64,000 bases of DNA. It comes from Vermamoeba vermiformis. Its lineage: Eukaryota. The stretch covers positions 1 through 64,000 of the forward strand of contig JBEWZL010000257.1 in NCBI GenBank assembly GCA_045837725.1. Reading direction: 5' to 3'. Within the stretch, counting starts at the first letter, position 1. Each line of letters begins with the position of its first letter. The notes under the pieces are model-generated. The model did not search any database. It was not told the origin of the DNA and saw nothing but the letters and a program-made list of their open reading frames with translations. The position numbers were made by a program, and so were the translations under genes. Of the stretch, positions 24,265 through 36,855 are shown in pieces.

Positions 24265-25658
24265 ATGGAGCTTTGGAACAATTTAGACACGAACGGAAAG
24301 ATCGCATCTGCTGTCGCAGTGGCTGCCCCGCTTCTCTACCTTGGCAGAAAGGTATGTTCAGCGTTTACCATGCAAATTAATTTACTAACGGTTAGTAGTA
24401 CTTTGCAGGAGGTGTAAATAAGCATCGCACGGACTTGACAGGAAAGGTAAATTTTTAATTTGCCAAACCACATCCGGAAATTTTTAATTTAAATTCCCAT
24501 AGGTTGTTTTAATTACAGGAGCAAACACCGGTATCGGACTAGAAACTGCCAAGTTTTTAGCGCAATTAAATGCTGAAGTTTACGTTAGTAAGTGTGAACC
24601 GCTGACCTTGCCAACTTGACGGTTAGATTCTAAAAGTAATTTTTTATTTAGCCGTTCGAGATGACGCGAAGGGTCGCGAAACTGTGGCAAAAATAAAGGA
24701 AGCCAGCAAAAACAATGCAGTCGATTACTTCTGTGTCGAGCTGTCAAGCTTGAAGAGCGTTAGAAACTTCGTCCAAGACTACAAGAAGAGAACTAACAAC
24801 AAAAAGATCGATATTTTCATTCAGAACGCTGGTGTAATGGTAAGCAGATCTGAGCCGGGTAGTTATCGCGTTGAAAAGCCCGATTAATTTCTTTGAACAA
24901 ACACTAATCGAAGAATTAATAATGATAGGCACCTCCTCTAACCAGAACTGAAGACGGATTCGAACTCCAATTCGGAGTTAATCACTTGGCGCACTTTTTG
25001 ATGACGAATCTGCTTCTCAAGGACAATTTGATCAACGAAAATGGCGGCAGAGTTGTCGTTTTATCATCGCTTGCCCATACCTATGCTCCCAAGGGTATCC
25101 ACTTTGAGGATCCAAACTTCGAGAAGGGAGGTTACAATCGATGGCACGCGTACGGCCAGAGCAAAATTGCAAACATTATGTTCGCGAAAGAGTTGAATAA
25201 GAGAATGAAGGAACAAGGCAAGAAAATCGTCGCTGTCGCTGTGCATCCAGGTATTGGTAAGTCACTACTATTAATAAATCATTAAAAATATTAATTCGTA
25301 CCTCTTAAAATCTATGAGGCTAACTTCTCTATTTAGTTATGACAGAACTACAACGTCACTTGTTGCCAGCGTGGCTCGTCAAGCCAGTTTTCGCGCTCCA
25401 AGGCTACTTCTTGAAGACACCCGTCCAAGGCGCTCAAGTAAGTACCTGAGATATTTTGTAAATTTAGTTTTCTTATGGCTGACTCATTTGTCTGCATAGA
25501 CTACGCTCCACTGCGCTTTGTCTCCTGACATCGTCAATCAAGGCGGCGAATATTTCAGCGACTGCGCTATTAAGAAGCCCATTCCCATTGCATCAGATAG
25601 CACACAAGCTGCTCGATTGTGGGACCTAAGTGAGAAGCTTGTTGGTCTTCGCTCGTAA
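24265..25658 (+). CDS. Short-chain dehydrogenase/reductase (retinol dehydrogenase/WWOX-like)
   Basis: LITGANTGIGLETA, NAGVM, QFGVNHLAHF, YGQSK, VHPG motifs across the exons. Confidence 0.92.
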
Positions 25659-26301
25659 ATAATAAATGGTCCATACTTAACGAAACTCGAAAATTTCAGT
25701 ACGTTCGTAAATTAAATCAAATTGATAGAAGAACAGCACATCTTACTGCTGTTGGGACGTGGGCTTTATTTTGGTAAGTTCTTTGATGTTGTCTTCGTAA
25801 TGAGAAACGCGGAAACAAGAATGCTAAGTACCTTATCAGTATTAATAATAATTAATCCTAATCTTGTCAAACCGCATTAAAAAAATCAGAAAAAATATTT
25901 ATTAATTTCTTAACACGCACCTAAATATAATTGCTTCCAACTATCATTATTAAACGGTTCTTCTTTGAGATCCGGATAAACTCGCTAACTTTAATTTTCT
26001 TTTTGCATATTTTTGGCTCCAAAAGCACGTCGTAAACCAACATTTTCTGTGGGCAATGCGATAGAACAATTTCCATTGGAGAGTACGGATCTGCGATCGC
26101 ACACCGAAGTCTTATGTTGTTAACTTAGAGAGAAGGACCCAACTCTCTTGAAGCCACCACATACATCTGACACTTCTCTTCATTCTGCAAAGCGTAAAAA
26201 CTTGGGGACACAACTTTGGTCCGATCAGGCCGAAAGATTCTGTCAGGACGACTTAAAAGCGCAGAATATTAAGGTTGTTATCCAATTAACAACTAACAAC
26301 G

Positions 26302-27747
26302 ATGTCTCTCTCGAGCATTTTGGCGCTTGTTATCTTAACGAGTCTCGCATCTGTTAGCTTTGCTCAAACTAAGCACTACGTCCTCGCATCTGCAACCGGC
26401 AACGGAAATGGAAACGATTGGACCAACGCATATCAAGCTCTTCCTGCTACTTTGGTTCGTGGAGACATTTACTACGTTGGTTCTGGTCAATACCCCAGTT
26501 TGACGCTAAACGATGCAGAATCTGGCTCGGAGTGGATTACTATTCAAAAAGCTACTGCCAACGACCATGGAACTGATGTTGGATGGAGCGATGAATATGG
26601 CACTGGCAATGCAAGTTTTCCTACAATCACTGTCGCCGCGTCATACTACAATTTCAACGGATCTGTTGGCGGCGGTCCTGGATCGTGGTTCACGGGCCAT
26701 GGTTTTGACGTCTATTCAATTGGAAATGTCGGCCAAGCTCTCATCTTCTTCAATGCTGACGTGCATCACATAATGTTGAGTCACACCAGCGTACATGCTG
26801 ATCGAGACACGCTAACTGCTGCCATGAAACTGACCTTAGGCGGCAATCACGACATTACTGTCAGTTACTGCGCGGGCTACAGCGTGTTCGGCGTCTTCTT
26901 CCACCTCGCTAACGTCTACAACATGGTCGTAGAGTTCTCATACTTCAAGGACAACAAGAGCACAGCAGACTGGCACAGCGAAGGTATCTCGTTCCTGGGC
27001 ACAGTCACCAACTTGATCGTTCGTCACTGCGTCTGGTGGAAAATTGAAGGCTCGGCGTTCTTGGCAGGTGTCAACAACGGCGACGCGTACAACTGGACTG
27101 TCCACGGCAACATCTTTTCGAACTCTTGGAGCCCTGCGCTGTATATTGCTGATGACGGAGGGTCCATGAGCGGTCTCCAATACTACAACAACTTGATTAC
27201 TAACGTCAACACTTCATCTGGTGGCATCTACATTTCAAAAGGCTCCGACAACAAAGTCTACAACAACATGTGGTATCACAACGTCGTCAACTCTTTGTCT
27301 ATCTGGGCTGATGCGGACTACAATTGGTTCTACGACAACTATCGCATTGACGGTTGTGCTCCCATTTGCGACTTGAACCCTGATGCTGTTGCTGCTGAAA
27401 CGCATGGCGTAGCTGGTACTGGCAATCCGTTCGTGAATTGGGATGGCTTGGCTGATCCTACTACGAGCTCAGTTGACTTTCGTTTGAAGGCACACACCGC
27501 GCCTGGTCTCGACGTAGGCGCTCCGTTCAATGTTGACATGTTTGGCACAGAGCGATTATCAGCACAATGGGACCGTGGTGCCACACAGTTCACCGTTCCC
27601 GTGCCTGTTTCTCCCATGTCTGCTCCTGCTTCATCACCTCAATCGATGGCGCCGAAGACAGTCAGTGCACCAACCGTGAACTTATCCAGCAATGGAGTGG
27701 CGCTTGGTGCTTCGTTGTTTGGTTGGTTACTTGCTTTTCTTTTGTAA
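26302..27747 (+). CDS. Intronless secreted right-handed beta-helix (pectin-lyase-like) protein with choice-of-anchor-Q-like C-terminus and probable GPI anchor
   Basis: Signal peptide; YVLASATGNGNGNDWTNAY; Asn-ladder repeats (YYNNLI, VYNNMW); DFRL...VDMFGTER...WDRGA; S/P-rich spacer and hydrophobic tail. Confidence 0.75.
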   Translation: MSLSSILALVILTSLASVSFAQTKHYVLASATGNGNGNDWTNAYQALPATLVRGDIYYVGSGQYPSLTLNDAESGSEWITIQKATANDHGTDVGWSDEYGTGNASFPTITVAASYYNFNGSVGGGPGSWFTGHGFDVYSIGNVGQALIFFNADVHHIMLSHTSVHADRDTLTAAMKLTLGGNHDITVSYCAGYSVFGVFFHLANVYNMVVEFSYFKDNKSTADWHSEGISFLGTVTNLIVRHCVWWKIEGSAFLAGVNNGDAYNWTVHGNIFSNSWSPALYIADDGGSMSGLQYYNNLITNVNTSSGGIYISKGSDNKVYNNMWYHNVVNSLSIWADADYNWFYDNYRIDGCAPICDLNPDAVAAETHGVAGTGNPFVNWDGLADPTTSSVDFRLKAHTAPGLDVGAPFNVDMFGTERLSAQWDRGATQFTVPVPVSPMSAPASSPQSMAPKTVSAPTVNLSSNGVALGASLFGWLLAFLL

Positions 27748-27949
27748 GAATTGATAAATAAACTTCCTTATTTTAGTGCATCGATAATTTTTTCTGAAGG
27801 CAACTCTAGTTCAGACACTGATGCTAGTAGACTTGTCAGTAGAATATTGAATACATTAAGTTAATGTAATTCGTAGATTCGACTAATGATCTCTTCCTAT
27901 TTCCGCGTGCGCGGAAGTTAGCGGCTAAATTATCGGCAGGTGATTCCTT

Positions 27950-29188
27950 ACGAAGAACATTCCAACATTAGAACAAGTGCAAAGTTCAGGTGGTGGTCAG
28001 CTCGGAATTCAACAGGTTCCTAGTGTCACAATGGTGGCTTACCTTCCCGCAGCCGGACCTTGAAGCCGGACTTTGAAGCCGGACTTGTAATTCTAGGCTA
28101 TACTTATATGCTCTAGTCAAATTGAATTGATATCTTAAGGCATAATTTTTATAACCCTTTCATACATGTAGATCATATACATAGATATATATATGCCCCT
28201 AGCACTATAGAGGGTCCGCTTTGGCTGTCAAAACCATCATGGTAGTTTTGCGGCATTTAAAGCCTTATATTTCTAATGCCAAGCTACCTATTGGGCTGCC
28301 ACTTGGTACATGTATTGATATATGAATAGAAGAGCTATTTGACCGGAAACATGCCCCTTTATATTCCATTGAGTGATAGAATCGACAAAACAAGGCAAAA
28401 CTGCCCCTCAAATTGGCACCTCTCATACATTTTTTTCAATTTTATGCAGAAAAAGGGCATGTTTCCGCTCAATTAGCTTCCAAGTGACCAATAATAAAGA
28501 TTCATAGCCTTACTTTGGTCAGATGATGCCATCAAGTCCACTAAATGAGGCTGGACCATAAAATTGCATAAAAAAAATGCACTTGAAATTTAACCATTCT
28601 GCCATCAATTTCAACAGATTTAAGGCAATGATTCTTGTTATAAGGCTATGCATATACTATGGTGTAAGTTTGAAGGAATTCTATGGCTTTGATGCATAGT
28701 TATAGCCAAAAGTTAGTCCGGCTTCAAGGTCCGGCTTCAAGGTCCGGCTGCGCAAAGTTACAGCGCTACTTTCAACGAGTTCTGGTTCGCGAATGGTATG
28801 AAATTTCACGCTTCTTGAACTTTCACGAACTTAAATAGTCATTAATGAATATATAATAGGACAACGCCCCTTCTTGATCTTCATTGGCAGTCAGTTCGTA
28901 CACCTGTCATCCGTAATACACTTGCGGAGGCTCGTTCAACTTCACGGTATCTTACGATCAACCTACCTTAAAAGTACGTACTTTCACTTTTATCTTTAAG
29001 CGTTTCCGAGAACTGAAATTAATTTTCGCTTGCAGATGCACCTCAACAACGAAGTTGTACTTTCGGCAGAATTCATTCTCGACCAATCAACACCTTATTA
29101 CTTTGGTTTATCTGGCGGTACAGGCGGCGGATACTTCGTTCAAGATTTTACGAACTGGTCCATCGCCCGTCCTTCTCCGCTAATTTGA
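27950..29188 (+). pseudogene. Relic duplicate of the last lectin domain of the 29670-32207 gene, interrupted by a MITE
   Basis: Exons homologous to 31655-32207 (e.g. GACCAATCAACACCTTATTACTTTGGTTTATCTGG) with introns retained; the 5' part is missing. Confidence 0.8.
28043..28757. mobile_element. Non-autonomous TIR element (MITE), 715 bp, flanked by a TTAC duplication
   Basis: ~45-bp TIRs built from 13-bp GCCGGAC(C/T)TTGAA tandem units. Removing the element restores ATGGTGGCTTACAGCGCTACT, homologous to ATGGCTGCTTACAGTGCCACT in the intact gene. No long ORF. Confidence 0.88.
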
Positions 29189-29319
29189 ATAAAGTAGCAC
29201 TATTTGCCACGAGCAGTTAGAGAATTTACAGTGTAATATATGATATATTGTCAGTCGCAACAACCGAACTCTTTATGTTATTTAAGTCCGATTTAATAGT
29301 CGTAAAAATTTGATTGGCT

Positions 29320-29478
29320 GTCAGTCAACGGTCCGTAATACACTTGCGGAGGCTCGTTCAACTTCGCTATAACTTATTATCAGCCTAACTTAAAGGTAAG
29401 TCTATGTACAACCGTATTTACCTGTTTCCGATCAATAGTCAAGATTTTACAAACTGGCCATTTGTCAGTCCTGCTTGA
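29320..29478 (+). pseudogene. Second, more degraded lectin-gene fragment
   Basis: CCGTAATACACTTGCGGAGGCTCGTTCAACTTC is repeated from 28911, and CAAGATTTTAC...AACTGG from 29141. Confidence 0.7.
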
Positions 29479-29669
29479 GCGATCTGTTAATGTCAAATAC
29501 GTTAACTATTTAAAGCCTTATCGTCATTGATCAAAATACGAAGCATAAATCAATACGCAACTTCATCGGGTTTTTTCTCCGACAAGACTTTCAAAAAGTG
29601 CACGCAAAATGTTTCGTTCACAACTTTTTATCAATAAAGGCCGGCCAGACTACCACAACTCTTTAGAAA

Positions 29670-32207
29670 ATGAAGTTGAATCGGTATTTAATTGTATCTC
29701 TACTGGCCTTGTTCTCTGCCGTGCTCTGTACATGGAATTTTGACCCGCAGATCATCCAAACGAGAAATGACGACACTTCGCTACTTTACTTCGGAGGATC
29801 GAGCGCCAATAGCGATTACTTCATAGAAGGAGTGCAGCCAGAGCCCTATAATAATGGCTTGGTCCTCTATCCAACAAAGCTACCAGCAAGTGATGGATTT
29901 TATCTTGAGTTCGATTGGCTTCAGAGGCCCCTTTCTACAAGAAACTCTTCATTGACGGCATTTGGCGGCGACGGGTAATACAGCCATACATTTTTCAAGT
30001 TTATTGAATTGATCTAATTTTGGCCTGATCAGATTTGCCGCAATTTTTCTGAAAGATCTGCCCACGAATGAGCAAGTAAAGAGCTCTGTTGGTACTCTTG
30101 GAGTAGGAAGAGTACCTAATGCATACGTTATGGGATATTCGGCTACTTACAACGAGTTCTATGTATGCCATTGGTAAGTGTTGTCGGAATCACTCAGAAC
30201 AAGCATGATAATAATAATTATTATAGGACCGAGGCGTTACCGATAGTACAAACGCCAGCATTTCTCCGCAGCTACTGCAACGTCATTCCTTATCAGCACA
30301 CACTGACATGTAATGTCACTTCATGTTCGTTTTATGTGAGATCGTATTACGACTACATCGAGGTAAGGTCACGGCAAGATAACAATATTATATGTGACTA
30401 TTAATACGTTATTTTACAGGTTTCGTTGACAACCATGCAAAATGTGATATTTAGAGCTCCTTGGGCGATGGATCCGGAGGATTATTACGTGGGCTTCAGC
30501 TTTGGAAACGACAATTACTACAATTATCAACAACACGAAGGATTTGTGTACTATTATAGAGAACTCCGAACCAACTTTGATTCTTCGCAAGATCTGAACA
30601 CCCAAATTTTTCAAGTGGAAACTTGCGGCCTTGTTTCTCGATTCAATCCTTTTAGACTGACCTCTGGCACTGATCAATTTGGCAGCTCTAATCTGATTTA
30701 TGTCGTCCGTACGCACAATGGCTTTGTGACTAAATATACTTGGACTCCAACGACATGCGATGAATTCGGCATTGGTGGAGACGGGTGCGTAAAAAAAGTG
30801 GAAATTTCATTGAATATGATACTGATAGCCTTGATTTATTTAGGTTTTCATTCTTCTTATCGAAATATGATCCCGAGTGCGCTACGGATACTATTGCAAA
30901 TTTTCCAAATATAACCGCTGTAACTTATTCAGCTGCCAAAGACCAATTTTGGGTTTGCCAATGGTACGGCTAATTAAAACCAAATATACCATAGTACTTA
31001 ACTGTTTGTTCTGTAGGGAAAAACCGATTGGTCAGTTCGATGATTCCTCGGCATGTGTTTCTGCTGCCAATCCTTTGCCGCGACTCGGCTGCGGCAATAC
31101 TTACAACTTTGTTGTTTATTTTGCTAACAATGCTCTGAGAGTAAGTTAGCCTCCTTATTCTCCATAACTATATTGATTCTAATGAGAATTACTGTTCAGG
31201 TTTTTGTTGACAACACGTTGATTTTGACGACGCCGTTCAGCATGGAGGATCGGCCGTACTTCCCTGGCTTTGCAGGCACCACAGCCTCGCCGTTCTATTT
31301 TGAGCAGTACATCACAAATTGGGTCATTGAAACTGATTTAAGCGTGGCGAATTTGTCCGACTATCTTCCTGCTTCTTTTATCACCCCGCCTGTTGCCGAT
31401 ACTCCATCTTTAGTGACATTAGGCACTGCTCAAAAAATCGGTCAAACTGTGCGATTGACCACTGGCGGCAGCGAATCAGGACTGGTCTATTTCTCGCAAC
31501 CGATTGGTGGAAAGGATCTTCAGCCATTTGCGTCGAGCTTCACTTGGACCCCGACCAATTGCGACACAGAATACAACGGAGCTGACGGGTATATTTTTAA
31601 TCTCCGATTCGGATAGTTTCAGACTTGAGTCTAATAATTTTTTTTTACCGCAGTTGGGCTTTCTTTTTGACGAAAAATGTTCCGACGTTAGAACAAGTTC
31701 AAACTTCATCCGGAGGCTTGCTTGGAATTCAAAACGTGCCTAATGTCGTAATGGCTGCTTACAGTGCCACTTACAACGAGTTCTGGATCTCGAATTGGTA
31801 ACGATAGACAAAACTTACAAAAAAAGATTAATGTTAATAATATTCATATTTAAGGACTTTACCGTTCCCAGACAATTTCCATTGGGTTTCAGTGAATGCC
31901 CCAGTGTCCGGCCCGAAATACACTTGTGGTGGCATTTATACTTTTACCGTTGTATACTCTGAGCCGAACTTGGAGGTACGTTACTCATCTAATACTATTG
32001 TTGTATTATACGCTATATATTACCTAACATGAGGTATTAACTCGTTTTTTTGACGGGCAGATCCGCCTCAATAATCAAGTCATGATTTCAGCCCAAGTTG
32101 ATATTGACCAATCAACGCCTTATTACTTTGGTTTATCTGGTGGTACAGGCGGTGGATATTTCCAACAAGATGTGACGAATTGGATCGTTGGTCGTCCTGT
32201 GTTTTAA
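29670..32207 (+). CDS. Secreted protein with three tandem legume-type (L-type) lectin-like domains, multi-exon
   Basis: Signal peptide; three repeats of ...GGDGF/GADGW(A/S)xF... and YxxGF/GL(S/A)GxT motifs; conserved intron positions across the repeats. Confidence 0.7.
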
Positions 32208-32288
32208 AAGAAGTTCCACATCCGGACTTTTTCGTTCATTTTCATGTAGTTGTTTAGGAATGCATTGTTAGTAGTAGTAAACCAATTG

Positions 32289-33864
32289 TTAATAAGCCTT
32301 CATCTTCGGTTTCTTTCTAATATAATCCCATATTGATTTGAAAAATCCTTTGCGGGATCTTGTTCTCAGTTTTGACGAGGCACCAAAGATCTCTTCTCTG
32401 AAACATTGAAATTTCAATTAGTCATCGTATTTAATATTAAAATGGTCTTATTATAGTATTATATGTATTCGCTAATACTTACTTCTTTAAGTATACGACC
32501 ATAAAGTAAAAAAACACGACGCACACTAATAAAATTATCACCAGCACCGTGTAAAGTGTTTTGCTGCTCTTATTTTTTCTCTAATAATAATATGATTAAT
32601 ATTGGATAATAATCTATGGAGTACTTATGCTTACCCTTGCGCTACGATTGATTGCAAATTGATCCGCGCAATTTAATTTGTTGCAATACTGCTCGGTAAA
32701 TAATTGCAATAATTCACCAGCGACTGGACTGGAGCCCATTGGAAAGCACGTGGACATAATATTCTATTTAAATTCCAAGAAAAATAACGTTAGTACTGTT
32801 CCAAAAATTTTAAGATCCGGATCAACCCTCAGATGTGGGTCTGGATCAGCTTTTGGATTGGCAAATGATTATATGATAGTATTATATGTATATAATATCT
32901 TATATGTACCTTGCAAACGACAGCTCGCTGAGCCAATGCCACGTCATTGCACCCTTCTCGTGCTTGTTTTGCGTGCCACGAGTCACAGCCCAGAATATCG
33001 CAATATTGACCGAGACATACTCCCTAATTAGGAAATATCGTTAAATTTCTCTATCCAAATAAAGAAAAGACTGTGCAAACGAGAAATAGGTATGAAAATG
33101 TTTTGTTGAAGTGGATCTTGGTGGATCTGGATGTACTTACTCGTGGCTCCAAATTGTCTATATGCTTATTAATGAAGTGCTTCTCGAGGTACTGTTGATT
33201 TTCAAATACTTTAGGGCACATAGTACACTTGTTGTACACTTGCAGACCTCGACGGATCGTCGCTTTGGATTCGAACTAAAATAATTGTTACATAAGCATA
33301 ATAATTCCTTTACACACGAAAATAAACAATAATAAAATTGGATTTACGTGTTATTCTTATTAAAAAGGTATTTTCAAAGGTACGGTAGAAGCGGATCACA
33401 TCCCCGCCGAAAATCGGATAATTTTCAATTTATCAAACCAAGTGCGTATAATTACCTTCTTAAATATATCATTATCGTAATGGAATGGACAATTCGTTGG
33501 AATACTATAGCCATAGTCGTACACGACGTCATGAAATTCCTACACAAAAAATTTTCATTAATTATCAAGCACGATTTATGTTATTGCATAATATGATAAC
33601 TATACCTCTGTTAATATTTCACGTGCTTCTCGGGTCCAGGTTAAATTGCAATTCGGTGCAAGGACGGATCTGAATAAAAAAATTATTTAAAATCTAAACG
33701 GAAAAGGAGAGCTATCGTATCTCGCGGAATGTGCTTTATAATGCCCCGAGAATATATTATATTATTAATTTGACTTACTTGTCTTGAACAAATTGAGCAC
33801 TAGATCCAGATGCCAAAAAAGCAACCGTGCATAAGACAACCACAATAATGCTACTGGTGCTCAT
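32289..33864 (-). CDS. Signal-peptide C2H2-finger membrane protein, multi-exon
   Basis: MSTSSIIVVVLCTVAFLA signal; KCTMCPKVFENQQYLEKHFINKH; VCLGQYCDILGC; C-terminal TM. Confidence 0.7.
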
Positions 33865-33988
33865 GATAGCAATATAAAATTTTATAATATCGAGTAATAA
33901 ACAATAATAAAGTATTGAGTCGTGTTAGTTCATTTGCAAACGTGTTGTAAAACTAATTTTTTCAGCCACGAGAACAGATCGCCACAAG

Positions 33989-35659
33989 ATGTTACAAAGA
34001 TCACGAGTACTTACTTCTCTTCTTATAAAGAAAAACCCGTGGTGTCCAACTTGCATATCGAGAGGATTATTTACGACAGTTTCGCGAAGCAAATCCGGAT
34101 CATCCGACAAAACCAAATTATTTGGACTTACTGTTGCTTCAAAGAACTACAGTACTAATGTTAAGGTAATGTAATATTATAATAATATCATGATATTATT
34201 CCTTCTTTTAACGAATTTTAAAATCGAATTTCAAACTGAGTTCAATTCAGATTTGCTTTTAAAGCTCAAAATGCCATTATCAATACTCCAAACATATTTC
34301 ATGGTCATTTTAATATTTTTAATATTATTTGGGTTGCATTATAACGATTTATTTTTCTCCGATCGCGCGATCTGGTGTGCGGTACTGACACCTATTTATA
34401 TTTAGAAATTAAATCAAAATATTGAAGAACGAAAGCTACGTTCATTGGCAGAACAAAGTAGAAAAGAAGAAATAGATCTCTATTTGAAGATCAGATCGCT
34501 AATCCAAAAGAAAAAACTGGACGAAGCTTTGAAAATATTTGACGAGTTCAAGAAAAATCACGACAAATGCACTGAAATATTTTACACCAAAATTCTAACG
34601 GTAAGAATTATAACGAGCTACAAGCATGTTCGATCGCGATCCGCATCTCGATCGTGTCTTGAAAGCGTTGCTTCCCGATTCAAAATATCGTAACTCCTAA
34701 ATATTAACTATTATATTGTAGGCCTTTTCACGAGGCGGTAGCGTCGAGGGCGTTGAAAAAGTATTCACATATTTCATGCAAGAAAAATACCAACCAAAAC
34801 AAGAACACTATGACAGAATTATACGAGGTATGTTGTTATTATTCATATCATATTATTAATAACAATAATATCGTGGCATAACCTCTTTTTCGCTTTTTGA
34901 ATAGAAGTTGCATAAAATTTTCGAAGTGCACTTTTGACGCGACTGAAATTTTATTAAATAATATATTATTATGTTCTATTTATTATAAATATAGTCTATC
35001 CGGCGTCTTAATTTCATATATACAGTATATTGTGCCAATCAAAAGGTAGAAAAGGCGTTACAGTTAGCCAAACACATGGTCGACGCGGGGTCGCAATTGA
35101 GCTCTGAAACATTTGGCTGGGTCATTGAACTCTGCGAAAAGACTGGTACGTAGTTAGTAATAGTATATTACATAACTATATGTCTATATCTTCCTCACTT
35201 GAGTCACTGACCCATAATTTAAAAAACGGATCCGATCCGTCTAACCAATCTTTTCTCATTAAATATGAATGCCGTATTTAGTCTATATTATTATTTAATG
35301 ACGAATTTTCCTTTTTAGGCAATAAGGAAAGTGCAGACAACATCTTCAAATTGTTCCGACAAAGCGGACTGCCACCGAGCGAGTCGTTACTGCGCACAGT
35401 TCTGCATCAGCGCAACGAAGCTGAATTTGAATTTAAAGTGCAGCCTAAAATTAGGAGTCATTTTGGCTACTTAAAGAACGATAAGAATGTAAAGAGCTCT
35501 CTTAGCGCGGGATCAATGCCGAACGTAAATATCGAAAGTAGCTTGAAACGTAATTCGAATAGTAATAATAGCAATTCTAATATTAAAGTTACCACTGACA
35601 ATAATTCAACGGCAAAAAATGAGAGATCTGATCGCTTGTCCAAAATAAAGGTGGTTTAA
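33989..35659 (+). CDS. PPR-repeat-like protein, probably mitochondrial
   Basis: Basic transit-like N-terminus; KKLDEALKIFDEFKK, EIFYTKILTAFSRGG, EKALQLAKHM, ETFGWVIELC helical repeats. Confidence 0.65.
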
Positions 35660-35951
35660 AGCAGAGCGAGTGTTCATTTTGACAAGAAGAAGAATTATAA
35701 CAAAAATACAATAGCACTAAGCCTAAGAGATCTTGCGTTGTCACTTGTAATAAGCCTAAAAAAGAAAGAAGACAGACGGTTGATCTGCAACTAAAAGCAA
35801 GAATAGGGTCTCAAAATGAAAAATTTTATTTACCAAAGTCAGTTGAACTAGAACACGGCTCCAAATTTAAACCAACTGAAATTTCGTAATTGTAACAACA
35901 AAAAAGAGCGCGGAAATTTTATTTTCGCAGTTTTTTGAACATAGACCACAA

Positions 35952-36855
35952 ATGAACCATAAGACACTTCCAGCGAAGCGTAAAGTTTTTGAATATGTAG
36001 AAACCATTAAAGACTTGCCAGCCATATATCTGACTCCTGATTTGCCGACCAATTATGAAGTTTTGTACGATGAGATCGAAGCCTGCCACACGACGAAGAA
36101 ATTAAAAAGTAAGCGATATCATGTTCACATAAATGTTCTATATAATATTTATATGTAAATTTAACATTATCTACGCAGTTAATCATGGATCAGCGGAGAT
36201 CACAAAGAAGGACGTCGTAGATGCCGTTGTGCGCGAGCGCAAGGTCTTGGACGCCGGTAAGCTGACGCATTAACTAATTTTTCTATCAATATTAATGGAA
36301 TTCAAGCGTTTCCGAGTGAACAGCAACCGGCTTGGTTTGCCGCCTGGGCAGACGAAATCAAGGATGAAATAAAGAGCCTCAAAAAATGCCAAGATGAACT
36401 TATAAAAAACCTCGATGATGAAGTCCGCCGATTTACGGTGCGCCTCGACAACATGGCCGTTCATGAAAAAAACAGAAAAGCTTTTGCCTCCAAAAATCAA
36501 GATGAACTCATCGCAATGCCCTTCAATCGCAAAGGTCTGTTTATTGCTGAGCATAATTAGATCTGGCATAATGAATGGAACAGGAAAAAGGCCCGACTTC
36601 GAGGTTCCTAAGACTGCCCGCGAAGTCCGTTCCTTGCCCATGAAGACAATTCGGCAACTTGCAGACTTCTACGGCGCTGACTTCTTATGCCGCGACGTTA
36701 AAGGATCGCGCGCGGCGTTGCTCCTCTTTTTGACTCAGAGCGAGGAGCATAACAGCGAAGAGAGCGAGGAGCATGGCAGCGAAGAGAGCAGCGAAAAAGA
36801 GAAACCTGCCGTCGCCAAAGCAAAATCGGGACGAAAGCAAGTTGGCAAAGTGTAA
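35952..36855 (+). CDS. Coiled-coil protein with Mug135-like (DUF1773) C-terminal domain
   Basis: Spliced ...VVRERKV...QPAWFAAW, a coiled coil, then MPF...GKRPDFEVPKTAREVRSL...LADFYG...RAALLLFL. Family assigned by motif resemblance only. Confidence 0.5.

Noticed and set aside
28050..28090. GCCGGACCTTGAA tandem repeats as a CRISPR array
   Set aside because: 13-bp units with no spacers, mirrored at 28716-28750; they are MITE TIRs.
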